Source of the DNA: Camelus dromedarius | Taxonomy: Eukaryota | DNA length: 64,000 nt | Assembly (NCBI RefSeq): GCF_036321535.1 | Contig: NC_087437.1 | Location: 6,386,001 to 6,450,000 of the forward strand | Direction: 5' to 3' | Shown here: positions 25,916 through 39,574 of the stretch, in pieces | Numbering within the stretch: the stretch's first letter is position 1 | Layout of the letters: each line of letters starts with the position of its first letter | The notes under the pieces: generated by a model | What the model saw: only the letters and a program-made list of their open reading frames with translations | What the model was told of the DNA's origin: nothing | Database searches by the model: none | Position numbers and translations under genes: made by a program

Positions 25916-27539
25916 AACTTTTTAACCCACATTTATTCTTGAATATGCATCTGTAAAATTTATTACATATTGTATTACAGAAAAATAATGGGTAATCACG
26001 TGACAGACAACTCTTTTTCAGCAATTAAGGATTAACTTAGTAATAAATTGCAAATATTAGCAAGCAAATCAAAAGGAGATAGTTCGTGCCTTGTTCTCAC
26101 CTTGTTCTCACCTAATTATGAAAAATAATCTAAAAAGGTTATATGACTTATTTCAAATCTATATAGTTGGAAGCCATAACTTCATAATTATACATTTGAG
26201 CTTAAATTATCTTAAATTAAATATTCTGAATTTAAATTATCTTTATGAATTTTATAATTAAGCCATTCTTATAATTTGTATAAAATCCTTTAATGAAAAA
26301 TTAGATCTAATCTAAAATTTTAAGAACTTTAATTTTTAAATAAAGTCATTAATTTTCAGTCACCTTTTCTTTGGATTGACATTTACATTTAAAGAGATAG
26401 AAGTTATTTTTTGGATTTAAGTCTTTCTAACAAAGGTAAATAAAAATCATTAACTAAGGGTTATTTTAAGTTTTTGAATTTAAATTAGTGGGTTTTCTAA
26501 ACCTCGGAATAATTTTTGGTAAAAGCTTTTGTCTAAAAATCATAAACTTCTGTATAATTATAAATGCAATTCTAATCTAAGTTATTTAATTTGACATAAT
26601 TTAAATTCAAAGATATCATGAATAGTTATAACTTTTAATTACATTGTATTTGAGACACTTAGTATTTGAGACACTTACTTTTACATCCCTTCGTGAAAAA
26701 AATGACAGGCCACACACTATTTCCACTTCATTTTACTACCAATTACTTTATAACATATGAAAATTGATCCTTGTGTTCTGAAAAGAATATACTGGCTATA
26801 ATATTCAATCTATTTCCTCTCTTTAATAACATTTATAAAAACTTTCACTTTTTATTTCTTTCTGAGTATAACTTACTCAGAAAATATTAAGATCTTAAAG
26901 TACACTTTATGGGCAAAATTCCTAGAATCACTTAGACACCTAAAATTAATTTCCTGGATAGTTACTGAAAAAAACTACTATAATCAAGTACTTTTACAAT
27001 AACAACAACAAAAAAAAATCAATGAAACAAAATGTCTAAATAGGAGAAATATTCCATGTTCCTGCTCAAGGCCCAATTATTTCTATATATTTTAATACAC
27101 AAAAAAATCAGGTAAAACAAAACAAAACAGTTGTTGGGAGTTCTTTATGATGCCTTTAACTTTTATGAATTAAGTACGAGTTTCATGTTTAATAGCAGTC
27201 AATGTATCTTCTCCACAACTATATAAATAAACTAAATAAACAATGAATACATAAAAACAGTTACACTTCTCTCCAGAAGAAGCCAAGTTAACTTCTTAGA
27301 CAGGAAGAATTTAAAAAGGAAAGTGCATGCTTCACTAAGTACTATGAAATCTGAATGCAGATAAAGCTGTAAATTGAACTCATGGATGAGTTTTTGAGAA
27401 ATCTCAGAAAAAAAAAACAGTAATATTACAAATACCCAAATTCCTACCAACTAGAATTTATTAACAAATGGCATTCACATTATGCATTCAAATTCACATA
27501 AATATAAAAACCACAGTTGCTTCACTTTATGTTTATTTG

Positions 27540-28350
27540 TAAAAGAACAGCAAGAGATAAAGTCCACTGTTCACCACCATTAACCTCTTCCCACCTCATT
27601 AGCAGCTACTATCATGAGATTGGCAAGTAGCCTCCTAATTCATTTTCCACATTTTTATTTACATACTTAAATAAGAGTTGTTTTCGTGTATTTTTTCAAT
27701 TTTCATAATGGTATCACACTGAAAGTACTTCCTGTTTTTCATTCAACATCATTTTTGAGATCTACTGATATAAATACTTAACTTTTGTAAAGCACTGCAG
27801 CACATTTGCCTCACATACGCCTACCACATTTTATTTATCCATTCCTCCACTGATGGACATTTGGGTTGTTTCTAACTTTGCACTATTACAATACGTTAAT
27901 GACAACCATTGCACAAGTCTCTAGGTTCACAAACAAAAACATGTAAACTCTGTCCTCTAAAGCAAGATTTCTCAACCTGAGCACTACTGACATTTTGGAC
28001 TGGATAATTCTTTATTGTGAGAGTCTGTCCTGTGAATTATAGGACCTTTGGAGCATCCGTGATCTCTGCCCACTAGATGCCAATAATCTCCCCAGATAGG
28101 AGAACCAAAAATGTCTCCAGGCACTGCCAAATGTCCCTGGGACATTAAACTGCACTGGTTGAGCACCACCGCTCTAAGGTCTGTAGGAAAGTAAACTTCT
28201 GGGTTATATGTACATTTTCCATTTTACTGGATACTGCCCAACTGTTCTCCAAATAGCTGTATCAATTTATATTCCCATCAGCATATAATACCTCTGGTTT
28301 CCAAATATCCTTGTCAAAACTTGATAATGTATGATGATTTAAATTTTTCT
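27540..28350 (-). mobile_element. Ancient L1ME-like fragment interrupted by MER20
   Basis: ttatttatccattcctccactgatggacatttgggttgtttctaact and atactgcccaactgttctccaaatagctgtatcaattt. Confidence 0.75.
27963..28171 (-). mobile_element. MER20 with 8-bp TSD
   Basis: Near-complete reversed MER20 flanked by ctctaaag (27955-27962) / ctctaagg (28172-28179), a hAT-type TSD. Confidence 0.9.
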
Positions 28351-28837
28351 AATAAAATAAATCATTAACTTTCCAAAAGGAGACTGCCATAGTTAACTTC
28401 AAGAGCAAGTGGTAGACATACGCCACTTCTAAGGAATTATAATATAAACCCAAAGCTTAAATGGGGGAAGTGACCTACATTATATTCCCTTCTGTTTATT
28501 TTACTTTGCCATTTTCTGCTAAGCAATTTTTTTCTTGACACTGATGCATATTATTAGTATAATGAGTTAATTCTGATGTTATAAAGCTTATTTTTCCTAG
28601 AAGTTTCAAAATTACGATCCTTAGTCCACATCTCTCCAAACTTTCAAGATCATACAAAGAGTTTTAAATAATTCACTTGAAATACTGTAACTGATGTCAC
28701 TCCTTACGGAGGGTTCATCACTCTTGCACTTCTAAGTTGATGGTCTCCAAATATAAAAGTAGGCTTGAGATATACAACTGGACAGTCATAATGGAATTAT
28801 TTATTATCAAACTCCCTTCCTATAAAAGAATCTATTG

Positions 28838-29166
28838 AATTCAGATCCTCTGCCCATTTTTTAATTGGGTTTTTTTTTCCTATTAAGTTGTAAATTGATA
28901 CAACTTTACATATTTTGGATATTAACCCCTTATCAGATATATAATTTGCAAGTATTTTCTCCCATTCAGTAGGTTGCCTTTTCATTTTGTTGATGGTTTC
29001 CTTCGCTGTGCAGAAGCTTTTTAGTTTGATACAGTCCCTCTTGTTTATTTTTGCTTTTGTTGCCTTTGCTTTTGGTGTGAAATCCAAAAAAATCATTGCC
29101 AAGATTGATGTCAAGGAGCTTACTGCCTATGTTTTCTTCCAGGAGCTTTATGGATTTAGGTCTTTA
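28838..29166 (-). mobile_element. LINE-1 ORF2 fragment
   Basis: Translates as [42 protein letters not shown]. Confidence 0.9.
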
Positions 29167-29379
29167 CTCCATCCTTTGCTGCTTTTTAATATAAATTCTC
29201 CTTTGGGCTATGCAACCTCATATAGGTTTCTATTACTGGTATCCAGAGAATCTTGTCAAAACAGTGGCACACTATAATGACAATGACTCCACTGTTAGTG
29301 ATTCCAAGCATTACCAGCCTAGAAAACCAGAAGGTAGACCAGAAACTAATACCAGAAAACTAGAAGACAAAATAATCTT

Positions 29380-29421
29380 TTTTTATAGAAGTACAGCTGA
29401 TTTACAGTGTTGTGTTAGTTT
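29380..29421 (-). mobile_element. Ultra-short LINE-1 3'-end insertion with TSD
   Basis: Minus strand reads aaactaacacaacactgtaaatcagctgtacttctat+polyA, flanked by a perfect caaaataatctt duplication (29368-29379 / 29422-29433). Confidence 0.8.
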
Positions 29422-29779
29422 CAAAATAATCTTAACTGAAGTTAAGAGGAGGAGGAGAAGAATCTAGTATAATTGCTATAAAATATAAGAGTTTCTCTGA
29501 GAGTGGTCCAAATACAAAAAGCTGTGACAGCTGAAGCTGGAGGGAATCTGAAAACTACCAAAAGCATGAAGAATAAGAACATCCAGGCAGGCTACCTTCC
29601 CACCTGCATCCCCAAGCCCCAGAGCTAAGCAGCCAGTAAGAGATGCATCTGTCCCCCACCTACACCCCCAACCAACTGCAAACACAGCAATGAGTACGGG
29701 CCCTTGGTTAAAATCTAACTGGAGAGGCCTGGTGCCCAACCTAAAGAATATTTACCTAAACACTTTATCATTAAAGGTT

Positions 29780-30050
29780 TCTGAGGAACTGTGTAAAATG
29801 ATCAAATCCGTGTTTTAAGAAGATTAATCCTGTATCAGTAAGAAGAATAAACTAAGTCGAGAGAAGACTACAGACAGGAAAACCAGTTGGGAGACAACAC
29901 AGGCATCTAAGGGCCTGAAATCCAGCTGGAGACCCTATAAGCAGAAAACACAGATTAACCTAGATATAAGTGATAACAATGGAAAGAACCTGTTGAATGA
30001 CTTGATGATGTAAGAGAGGAAAAGATACGGTAAAGACTGCTTCACTCAGT
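29780..30050 (-). mobile_element. L2 fragment
   Basis: atgatcaaatccgtgttttaagaagattaatcctg...caggaaaaccagttgggagac. Confidence 0.55.
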
Positions 30051-30319
30051 TATCTGTTCAGAAAATAATTACTGTAAGCTATGTTTATTACTGTATCACT
30101 TAGCACTTAGCATTATTAAATTAATCTGAGGATAAAGAAGTCAAAAGCAACCTTAAGACTTGGGGCCTGAGAAGGTAGTAGGAGGCAAATAAAGAGAAGT
30201 CTGGAGAGAACGATGTATTTTAAAAGATATGATTATTTTAGTTTTAGAAATGCTGGGTTTTTTCTTATGAATTTTACTTTTATGTAAAAATAAAAGTATT
30301 TTTATACCAAATTTATAAA

Positions 30320-30940
30320 AGTTCTTAACTTTGTATAATGAAGTATTTGATATGTGTAAAAGAATCCATGTAATATATATTATAAAGCACAGTAACAAAA
30401 TGAATATGATAAACTCATCTCTGAACCTGAGAAGTATTACCAATATCTTTAAGTTCCTGGTGTGTTCCTCCCGAATCCCAACCTTCTGTCCCATGTCCTA
30501 CAAAGGAAATCACTATCCTAAATTTTTTCTTAATCATATCCTTACTTTTTCTTAACATTTTACCCTATATTTATCTATAATTCAACAATACGTTGTTTAG
30601 TTTTTAACTCCTTTTGAAGTCTCTCATTAAAAATAGTATTACATTTTGTTTATTTTTCGGTGAAGGAAAAAAAAAGACCAATCATATTTCACTAAATATT
30701 GTTTCTAAGACAATACAACACTTCAGTGTATGACTATACCACAACTCATTCATCCTTTCTTCTACCAGCGTATATTTGAGTATTTCCAGGGTTTTATTGT
30801 TACAAATTATGCTACTACAAAACTTTCTTGAACCCATCTCCTGGTGCACACAACCAAGGGCTTTTATAGCATAACTAGAAGAACAACTGTGTCACAGGTT
30901 ATGTGGATGGTCAATCTTTAACAGATAATGCTGTATTATT
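30320..30940 (-). mobile_element. Ancient L1ME-like 3' fragment
   Basis: aaaggaaatcactatcctaaattt, gtgtatgactataccacaactcattcatcc and ttgttacaaattatgctactac. Confidence 0.65.
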
Positions 30941-32102
30941 TTTACTTTATTATTTGCAGACAAGTTACTTAAATTAGACAGCCAGTATCAAGGAATAGAT
31001 ACATGTTTAATTGAATGTGAATCACAGGTAAGCACTCAAATCCACATTAAAAGTAATCATCACCATTCTGTCACTGCCCAGCATCACACGTTAAGATTAC
31101 ATAAGCATCTCACAGAAACTGTCTCCTTCCTCCCTTCTCTTTTCTCAGTGGACATTTTCATACCAATGTGCCACTATCTTAGACAAGGTCCTCTGGGTGC
31201 CAACAACAGACAGCTATACAAAGTTACTTAGCCCCAAGTGAAAACTTAACATTAAAAAGAAATAAACTGAGGAAATTATAATTGGTGGCTAGAAATCAGA
31301 AACTACAAAGCTGTCAAGAAGTAAAGCTATTCTACCTCTCTGGGCTCATACCATCTCTCAAGGTGAGAGTCAGTGTGTCCCTGGCGGTGGGCTTCATTTA
31401 GCTCCCCACACACCAGTCCCCTCTGCTGCTGTTCTCTACGACCACAAGCTGACCATGGCTGTCCCAGCCCCCATTTTATACATCTTTCTATAGACAAGCC
31501 CAGAAGAATTCAACCTGCATTTCTGTCGTCCAACAATTCCAAATTACTGAAAAACTACTCAGCCCAGAGGTCTCTCCATGGTCCCAATAGCTATGTATTG
31601 GGAATATAAAGTTCCCACTTAGAAACACAGCTGGAGAGGACCACTCTTTAAGCAGAGGTATCACTTCTCAGATAAGAGGGGCCTAGCCTGAACAGGTATC
31701 ATAGAAAACATTTACAACCACCACCAAGGGAAAACAGTGCCAAGTATGATGGAGTGCAGCTCTGAGAAACCTAATCATAATTCCCCACCACAGCTCCTGA
31801 CTCCTGCAATCAGCATTCAGAAGTGAACCATGTACACAAAGTACCCAGTGGTCCTCCCAATAGCCGATACCAGCTTATCAATGGCTAGATACGCCACCCT
31901 GTTACTGGTGCAGAAAGCCGTTTCTTATATGCTTCTCCCAGAGCTCTTCTTCTTCGTTAAACTGTCTTTGCAGCAGATGATGCAATTAACTACCCATGAC
32001 TTAAACCTTTCTCTTGATTTTTCTGACAAAAATATTCTTCTGGTTCCTTTCTGACCTCTCAGTTTTCTTACTCCTTCATTTTTCTCTGCCTGTCCCTTAA
32101 AT

Positions 32103-32465
32103 ATAGGTAGTTCATAACTATGACACCAAAAGCGTAAGTAACAAAAGAAAAGATAGATCAATTGGACATGCCAAAATTTAAAACTTTTGTGCTTCAAAGG
32201 ACAACTCAACACTTCAACAAAATGAAAAGACAACCAACAGCATGGGAGAAAATGGTTCTAAATCATATATATGATAAGAGCTTGTATCCAGAATGTATAA
32301 AGAACTCTTACAATTCAATACTAGAAAGACAACCCAATTAAAAAGTGGCCAAAGGATTGGAATAAACAAATCTTGGAAGAAGATAAACAAATGGTCAACA
32401 AACACATGAAAAAATGTTCAATGTCATTAGCCATCAGGGAATTGTAAATCAAAAACACAATCAAA
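32103..32465 (+). mobile_element. LINE-1 ORF2 3' fragment (L1MB-like)
   Basis: atgacaccaaaagc...attggacatgccaaaatttaaaacttttgtgcttcaaaggac...acatgaaaaaatgttcaatgtcattagccatcaggg. Confidence 0.85.
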
Positions 32466-35400
32466 AGTCAGCAAAATGGAAAAAAATGGGAGCTCCAAAT
32501 TCTCTCATCCAATACAAACATCAAAAAAACAAGTAGTAACTGTCAGAACCCAACTTTGTTTGAACTATGGAAAAGAGTCAAAGGTTTACAAAAGCCCAGC
32601 AAACACTGAATCAAGAAAAAGACAACTTCAAAACCGTAGGAAAGCTCTGTGCTGCTTTATCATGCCCTAGCCCCATCCCTCCTGTGACACAGTGGCAGCC
32701 CTAACCTGCATTTGCCGCATGAGACCCTGGTTCCCAAGACAGCAGAACAGACCTTCTTCACAAATTAACGCATCCATCTGCTCTAATCTGTCTGGGCATC
32801 ACCGGAAGGACTGATGCAAGGTAGTCACCTCTTTTTCACCTAACTCAAAACTCAGGCGAGAAAGTAGCCATCATTTGAAAACATGACAAGCAGAACTAAC
32901 AACTAAAGAAACCTGGAATAAAAGATTACAGTCTAAACATGTAAAAGATCACCTAGGTCCAGGAGCAAAAGCTGGAGAGAACTTCTTTGATAAATTAGGA
33001 CTGTAGAAGGGAATTTAGAAGACAGCGTGCATGCCCACAGCAACACATATGCTCAGAAAAGACCTGAGAGAATTCTAAGCTTTCACCTTGGATTGATCAC
33101 CAAGCTCAGTGCAAGCCTGGCTAAGTGTTTGTTGAAGGAGTGCCCCAGCAACAGCCAATCTACAAAGACCCGGAAAGGCATCCTTCTATTCGTTTAGGAT
33201 TTTTTGTTTTAGCTCCTGACACTCGTGGCAATCTCGGTCAAAACAGCAGCTGAAAACACAGGCCAAGAAACAGAAAATTTACTGACCACACATGACAAGG
33301 AATAAAGTCTTTGCAAAAATGGTTTGGGATAATCACTAAACAAACAGACAATTATAGCCTTCAACAATCAAAAAAAAAAAAAATCAAACTGTGAGGAAGG
33401 GAAAGGATGTGATTTACAGAGTTATCACATTATAATATTCATGAGTAATTGTCAACAAAAAAATCACAAGGCATAGGAAGAAGCAAGAAAGTATGTCCCA
33501 TTCAAAGGAAAATAATTATAAATTGATAGTAATGTCCCTGAGGAAGTCCAGAAATCATACTTAGTAGGCAACAGTCTTCAGTATGCTCAAAAAGCTTAAG
33601 GAAAACATGAAACATGAAAAAGAAAAAAAAAAGTATCAATAAAATTAGTATCAGTAAAGAGATAGAAATTATAAAATGGAACCAAGCAGAAATTCTGAAA
33701 CTGAAAAGCACAATAACTGAAATGAAAAAAAATGACTTGAGTGGCTGAAAAGCAGTATCAAAAGGCAGAATAAAAATCAATGAACTTAAAGATAAAAAAC
33801 ATTTGAAATTACTGAGTCTGAGAGGCAGAGAGAAAAAGAATGAAATTAAACAGAGCCTAAGGGACCTAGTAAGACACCATCAAGCTGACAAATGTAGACA
33901 TTATGGGAGTCCCAAGAGAAGACAGAAGAAAAGTATTCGAAAAGGTCAAAAGTCTCCCCAAATTAGATGAATTCTATGAACCTACAAATTCAAGAAGCTC
34001 CATAAATTCTAGGTAGGATAAACTCAGGGACCCACTAGAATCAAACTGCTGAAACCCAAAGACAAAGAGAGAAGCTGGGAAGTAGCATGAGAGAAATGAC
34101 TTGTCATGTACAGCGAACCCTCAATAAGATAAAAAGCTGATTTCTCATCAGAAACCAAGGAGGCCAGAAGGCAGTCAGATGAAATGTTAAAGCACTGGAA
34201 AAAAAAAGAAAAAGAAAAAGAAAAAAAAAAAGCCTTGTAATGTTTCATCCAGGACACCCAGACAATTGCTCAAACATTATTTCAGGTGTTTCTGGCTAAG
34301 GTTAACATATGAATTGGTTGACTGAGTGAAAAACAAATTCCCTCCACAAATGTGGGTAGGCTCACCCAGTCAAGTGAAGACCTAATAGAGCAAAAAGGCC
34401 AAGTAAGAAAGAACTTCTCCTGCATGACTGCCTTGAGCTGCGACTTCAACCTTTTCCTGCCTTTGGACTCAAATTGAAATAATGGCTCTTCTTAGATCTC
34501 AAGCTTGCCAGCTTTTAGAACCGTAATTTACACAATTGGTTCTCCTGGTTCTCAGGCCTTCAGACTCAGATGGAACTACACCACACATACACATGCACGT
34601 GCCGTGTTGCTTCTGTTTCTCTGGAGAACCTAGCCTAATACAACTGTCAACCAAGAATTCCGTATCTGGCAAAACTGTCCTTCAAAGTAAGGGAGAAATG
34701 AGGACATTTCCAGATAAACAAAAGCTGACACAGTTCATTACTACTGAACTATAGAGCTGTCCTATAAGTAAAGATAATGGAAGTCTTCAAGTGAAATGAA
34801 ACAATGCTAGAAAGTAACTCAAAGCCATACAAAGAAATAAAGATCTTCAGTGAAGGTAAACACATGGGCAAATACATAGAGACCATTATTACTGTATTAT
34901 TGGTTTGGAATCTCATTTTTTAAAAATTTCCTGCAAGATTTAAAAGAAAACTACATTTTAAAACTGATTAATCTATGTTACTGGCATACAATGTATAACA
35001 TGTAATTTGTGACAAAAACAACATAAAGGGTGGTAAAATAGAGGTGTTACAGAAGCAGACATCTGTATGCTATTGCAGTTAAGCTAGTATCAATCTGAAC
35101 TACATTGTTGTAAATTTAGAATGTTAATAGTTTCTCCTCATAGGAAATGAGAAGAGAATCAATATAGTTCTTTTCATCATTCCAAAAAATCAATCAAACA
35201 CAAAAGAAGACAGTAATGGAGGAAATGAGGGGCAGAAAAGATACGACATACAGAAAACAAATTAACAAAACAGCAGAAATAAGTGCTTCCTTATCAGTAA
35301 CTACTTTCAATGTAAATGGAGAACAAACAACAGAATTGAAAAATAAACAGTTCTATAATAATATTTGGAGACTTCGATCTCCCACTTTCAATAATGGACA

Positions 35401-37159
35401 AAACATCTAGAAAGGAGATCAGTAAGAAAACAGAGCACATGAGCAACACTACAAACCAACTTGTAGGGTTAAAAAACATTTATAGACACTCCACAGAACA
35501 GCAGAATACACATTCATCTCAGGTACTCATGGAACATTATCCAGGAAAGACCATTTGTTATGCCACAAAATAACTCATTAATTTAAATTAATGAAATTAC
35601 ACAAATATCTTCTCTGACCATAATGGAATAAAGTTAGGCATCAAAAACAGAAGGAAATTTCATAAATATGTGGAAATTAATACAGTCTTAAACAATCAAC
35701 TGGTCAGAGAAGAAATTATGAGAGAAATCAGACATCAGAGATGAATCAGAACAAATACACAATATAACAAAACTTATGGGATGCAGTGAAGAAAGTGCTC
35801 AGAAGGATATTTACAGCTGTAAATGCCTACATTAGAAAGAAGAAAGATCTCATATCAATAACCTAACTTCATACCTTGAGGACTGAAGAAAGCAAACTAA
35901 ACCCAAAGCTATCAGGAGGATAGAAGTAATGAAGATTAGAGATTAAAAAAAAATTAAAAAACAATAGAAAATCAACAAAATCAAAGCTGTTCTTTAAAGA
36001 ACTTTATCAATAACACTGATAAAGATCAATAAAATGGATAAACACTTAGCTAGAAGAACAATAAGTGAGATACAAATAACTAAAATCACAAACGAAAGTG
36101 GAAACATTACTATAGAACTTAGAGAAATAAGAAGGATTATAAGAAAATACTGTGAACAATTACATGCCAACAAATTAGATAACCAAGATGAATGGACAAA
36201 TTCCTAGAAACACAAAATTAGCTAAACTAACCTCAAGAACTGGAAAAATGTCAATGACCTAAACTACCAAAACGGTTGAATCAGTAATCAAAACCTCCCC
36301 ACAAAGAAAAGTCTATGACCAGATGGCTTCACTGGTGAATTATACCAAACATTTAAAAAGTTAACACCAGTTCTTTTCAAACTCTTTCCAAAAAAATCAG
36401 AGAGGATACTTCCTAACTCATTTTGTGAAGCTAACATTACCCTGATACAAAGGACAAAGGCATCACATGAAAAGAAAACTAAAGACCAATCCCCCTCGTG
36501 AAAATAAATGCAAAAATCCTCAAAGTTCTAGCAAACTGAATTCAACAGCACATTAAAAGGATTATACATTATTACCAAGTGGGATTTACCCCAGGAATTC
36601 AAGGATGATTCAACATAAGCAAATCAGCTGATGTAACAATACACATTAACAGAATGAAGGGGAGTAAAAACAATCGTATCAGTTGAGGCAGCAAATGCAT
36701 TTAACAGCATCCAGACCACTCTTTAATGATAAAAACAGTGAGAAAACTAGAAACTGATGGGAAATGCCTCAACATCATAAAAGGCAGCTAAAAAATATCG
36801 GTAGCTAACAGCATACTCCATACGAAAGACAATTCTTCCCCCAAAATCAGGAAAAAGACTAGGATGCTCATTTTTAACACTGCAGTTCAACAATGCACTG
36901 GAAGTTCTAGCCAGAGCAATTAGACAAGAAAATGAGAAATAAAAGGCATCTAATTTGGAAAGAAAGAAGTAAAACTATCTCTATTCACAAATGATATGAT
37001 CCGATACATTATTTTTAAAATCCCAAAGAATCCAGAAGGAAGCCACTAAAGCTAATAAACAATTCAGCAAAGTTGCAGGGTACAAGATCAATACATGAAA
37101 ATCAGCTGTGTTCTTACATACCTGCAATGAATGACCCAAAAAAGGCGTTAAGAAAGCTA
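32466..37159 (+). mobile_element. Old LINE-1 (L1M4/L1MB-like): 5' region, decayed ORF1, inter-ORF region, and ORF2 through the RT domain; 3' part missing
   Basis: ORF1 remnants at about 33500-34810; ORF2 remnants at about 35300-37159 (gaccagatggcttcactggtgaatt, ctatctctattcacaaatgatatgat for LSLF.DDMI); many frameshifts. Confidence 0.85.
34236..34641 (+). mobile_element. MLT2B-like ERVL solo LTR nested in L1 ORF1
   Basis: aaacattatttcaggtgttt, aatgtgggtaggctcacccagtc, ttggttctcctggttctcaggccttcagactcag and the end ttctgtttctctggagaacctagcctaataca; L1 ORF1 resumes right after. Confidence 0.85.
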
Positions 37160-37579
37160 CAGGTTTCCCCCACTACCCACAAGCAGACTGTTCCCATGAA
37201 AGCTTTCACAAGCTGAAATGGCAGGAAGCAAAAAAGCAATTACCTCAGGACACATCTTGCTAACGGGGGCAGAAAATAAATCAAGATAAAGCACAGATGC
37301 TCAGAGACACAGTTCAAAGATATGGCCTCTTGATGCTGAGATGCTGAGTGTGGTTCCAAGGGAGGAGCTTGGCGGCGCTGCTCCCGCTGCTTAGTGCACT
37401 GCCTCTGGAACAGCTGGCTGCAAAACAAAGGCTGACCACTATTCCCACTTTTCTCCTTTTTCATAAAAGCAAAAATCCTCTTCATATTTCTTCCAGTGCA
37501 CAGAAACAGGGACTAATGTAGGTCTTTCATAAAAGCTAAGTGGCATAAAGCCGACTTTGGAAAACTGGGGAGGTGCCTG
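37160..37579. mobile_element. TcMar-Tigger-like non-autonomous DNA transposon
   Basis: Imperfect TIRs caggtttcccccact... / ...actggggaggtgcctg; TA on the left flank; about 420 bp. Confidence 0.6.
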
Positions 37580-38849
37580 TTCAAAACAGCTCAATTTCCC
37601 TTCCTTCAATTCCTCTTTTCCAGTTCAGCATTATGTTCCCAAATACAGGTCAAGAAATTCACAATGTAATATGTACCATGTTTTCTCTTTCCAAACCCTT
37701 CCAGAGCTTCCACTCACTGCAGAAGAAAATTCCACCTCCACAGCTTCATATTCCAAACCCTCTACAGAGTGGATGCATCCCACCTAATGTCACTTCTCGT
37801 GTCTCCAGCCCTAAACAGCAGCCTCCCAAAAGCGCTCAGCACCCCCTCAGCACCCCATGGCCATGGCTCTCTTGCCCAGGAGCTGTTTTCTCCACCTTAA
37901 CTAAATCCCTCACCCTCCAAGACCTATGTCTGTATTTTTCTTTCCAAGTATACTTTTCAAGTCTAAGATGCCATCAAATTGTAAAACATCTGCCAATTTT
38001 AGGAGTGTTAAAAAAATATAAGCCTAGACACAGTGAAATATAGTAAATATCTTCTTCCTCTGAAGTCCCTCAATACAGTGTTTTTATTTCTAGTTAACTT
38101 ATTTCTTACGCCACGTATTATGATAATGTCTGTTGACCCATATTGAATTACAGGCTTCTTGAGGACAAAAATTCTGTCTTGCTCATCTGATATAGTAGAA
38201 ATCCCACTGAAGTTTGAGTAAGATAACATAGGCTGGAGTGTGTAAAGAAAGAAAGAAAATAGCACTAATAACACCTATCTCACATTTATTATCAGAATAA
38301 ATTAGAGAATATACATTAAAATCAATGTGTAAAGTGGATCTTATTCAAATGCAGGATTTTGGTATTTTAAAAGATATATTTACTAAAATTAAATGTCACA
38401 CTGCAAATCTGTCACTCTTCAATATCAGAAGCTACATTAGCGAACAGAGGAAATTTTTCTCCAGGCAATTTCTACAGGAAATTACTGCCTGGATCCGGGA
38501 AAGCAAAGCACCCTGCAGGCACTCCAGAGCATCCTGGGCCAGGATCAGCGGGTGGTCCCCATGCCTGCTACCAGAGGTCAGGGTCTGGGACCTCCTCTGT
38601 TTCTAGCCCCAGAGTCCCAAGGACAAATAACTCAGAACATCCAGGGAGGCATGTGTAATTTAAAAATTAAACAGCATTCTGTCCATCTCTTTGTTTTAAA
38701 AATCGTATTACTTACTTTGAATTTTCAAATGAGATAAAGGAAGGATATATCAAAGTGGGACATGGACTGAGAAGCTTGGCACTAGGAGACACTTAGACGA
38801 AACAAATGACTCTGAGACATAAAGACAACTTTGAGAGTTTATGTCCATA

Positions 38850-39408
38850 TCTCCTCTATTACCTCGACTGGTACAATGTGCTCTTCACAGGTCTGCCCAA
38901 AGTTAATCAGGGCACCCCACCTTCAGTAGCTCCCTATCAGTTTGAGAATAAAAATAACCTGGTCTCTCCCTGGCTCCCTGGCCCCATCTTATGAGCCCCA
39001 CTTGATGCTCAGCAACACGGACTGAAATTTCCCACATGAGCTTTAGGCTTTCAGGCTTAGGAGCCTTTGCTCAAGCCACTCATTCTCCCAGCAGCGTCCC
39101 TGCCATCTCTTTTTACCAGGTCTGAACAATGCTTTAAAGCTCAGCTCAGGTTTCCCAACTCCTGAAAGCATTCCATAAACCACAAGACTGGATTAACAGC
39201 AGCTCTTTCCTTGAGTTCCCACAACACATGTGCCCATCTCTAACTTACCACACATTCTACTGAGATTCTAAAATTAAAAGTATCCTTTAAAAAAAAAATT
39301 CTTCCAGTAGGCTGTGAGTGCCCCCAAATCAACAACTAAGTGTTTCGACTTTGTATCTCATTTACTTAATTAGTGCCATTCAGTAAATGTTTTAACTGAA
39401 CTGAAATG
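38850..39408 (+). mobile_element. L2 3' region
   Basis: gagcctttgctcaagc, tttaaagctcagctcagg, taggctgtgagtgcccc and the terminal attcagtaaatgttttaactgaactgaa. Confidence 0.7.
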
Positions 39409-39574
39409 CTGATCTTAATATTGGTTTTCAAGGATTTATTTCTTTCCACTGTTAAAAAAAAAGTTTTTTGGGGGGTAAGTTTTTTGTTTGCTTTTTTTTT
39501 TAGCAGTCTTCTTAATAGCTAATGCCCCATGCACAGGTATGTTGATGAATATTAGACACTAGCAACAAAGTTCT

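Noticed and set aside
37557..38043. 156-aa and 76-aa ORFs
   Set aside because: They begin inside a DNA transposon end and have no recognisable domain.
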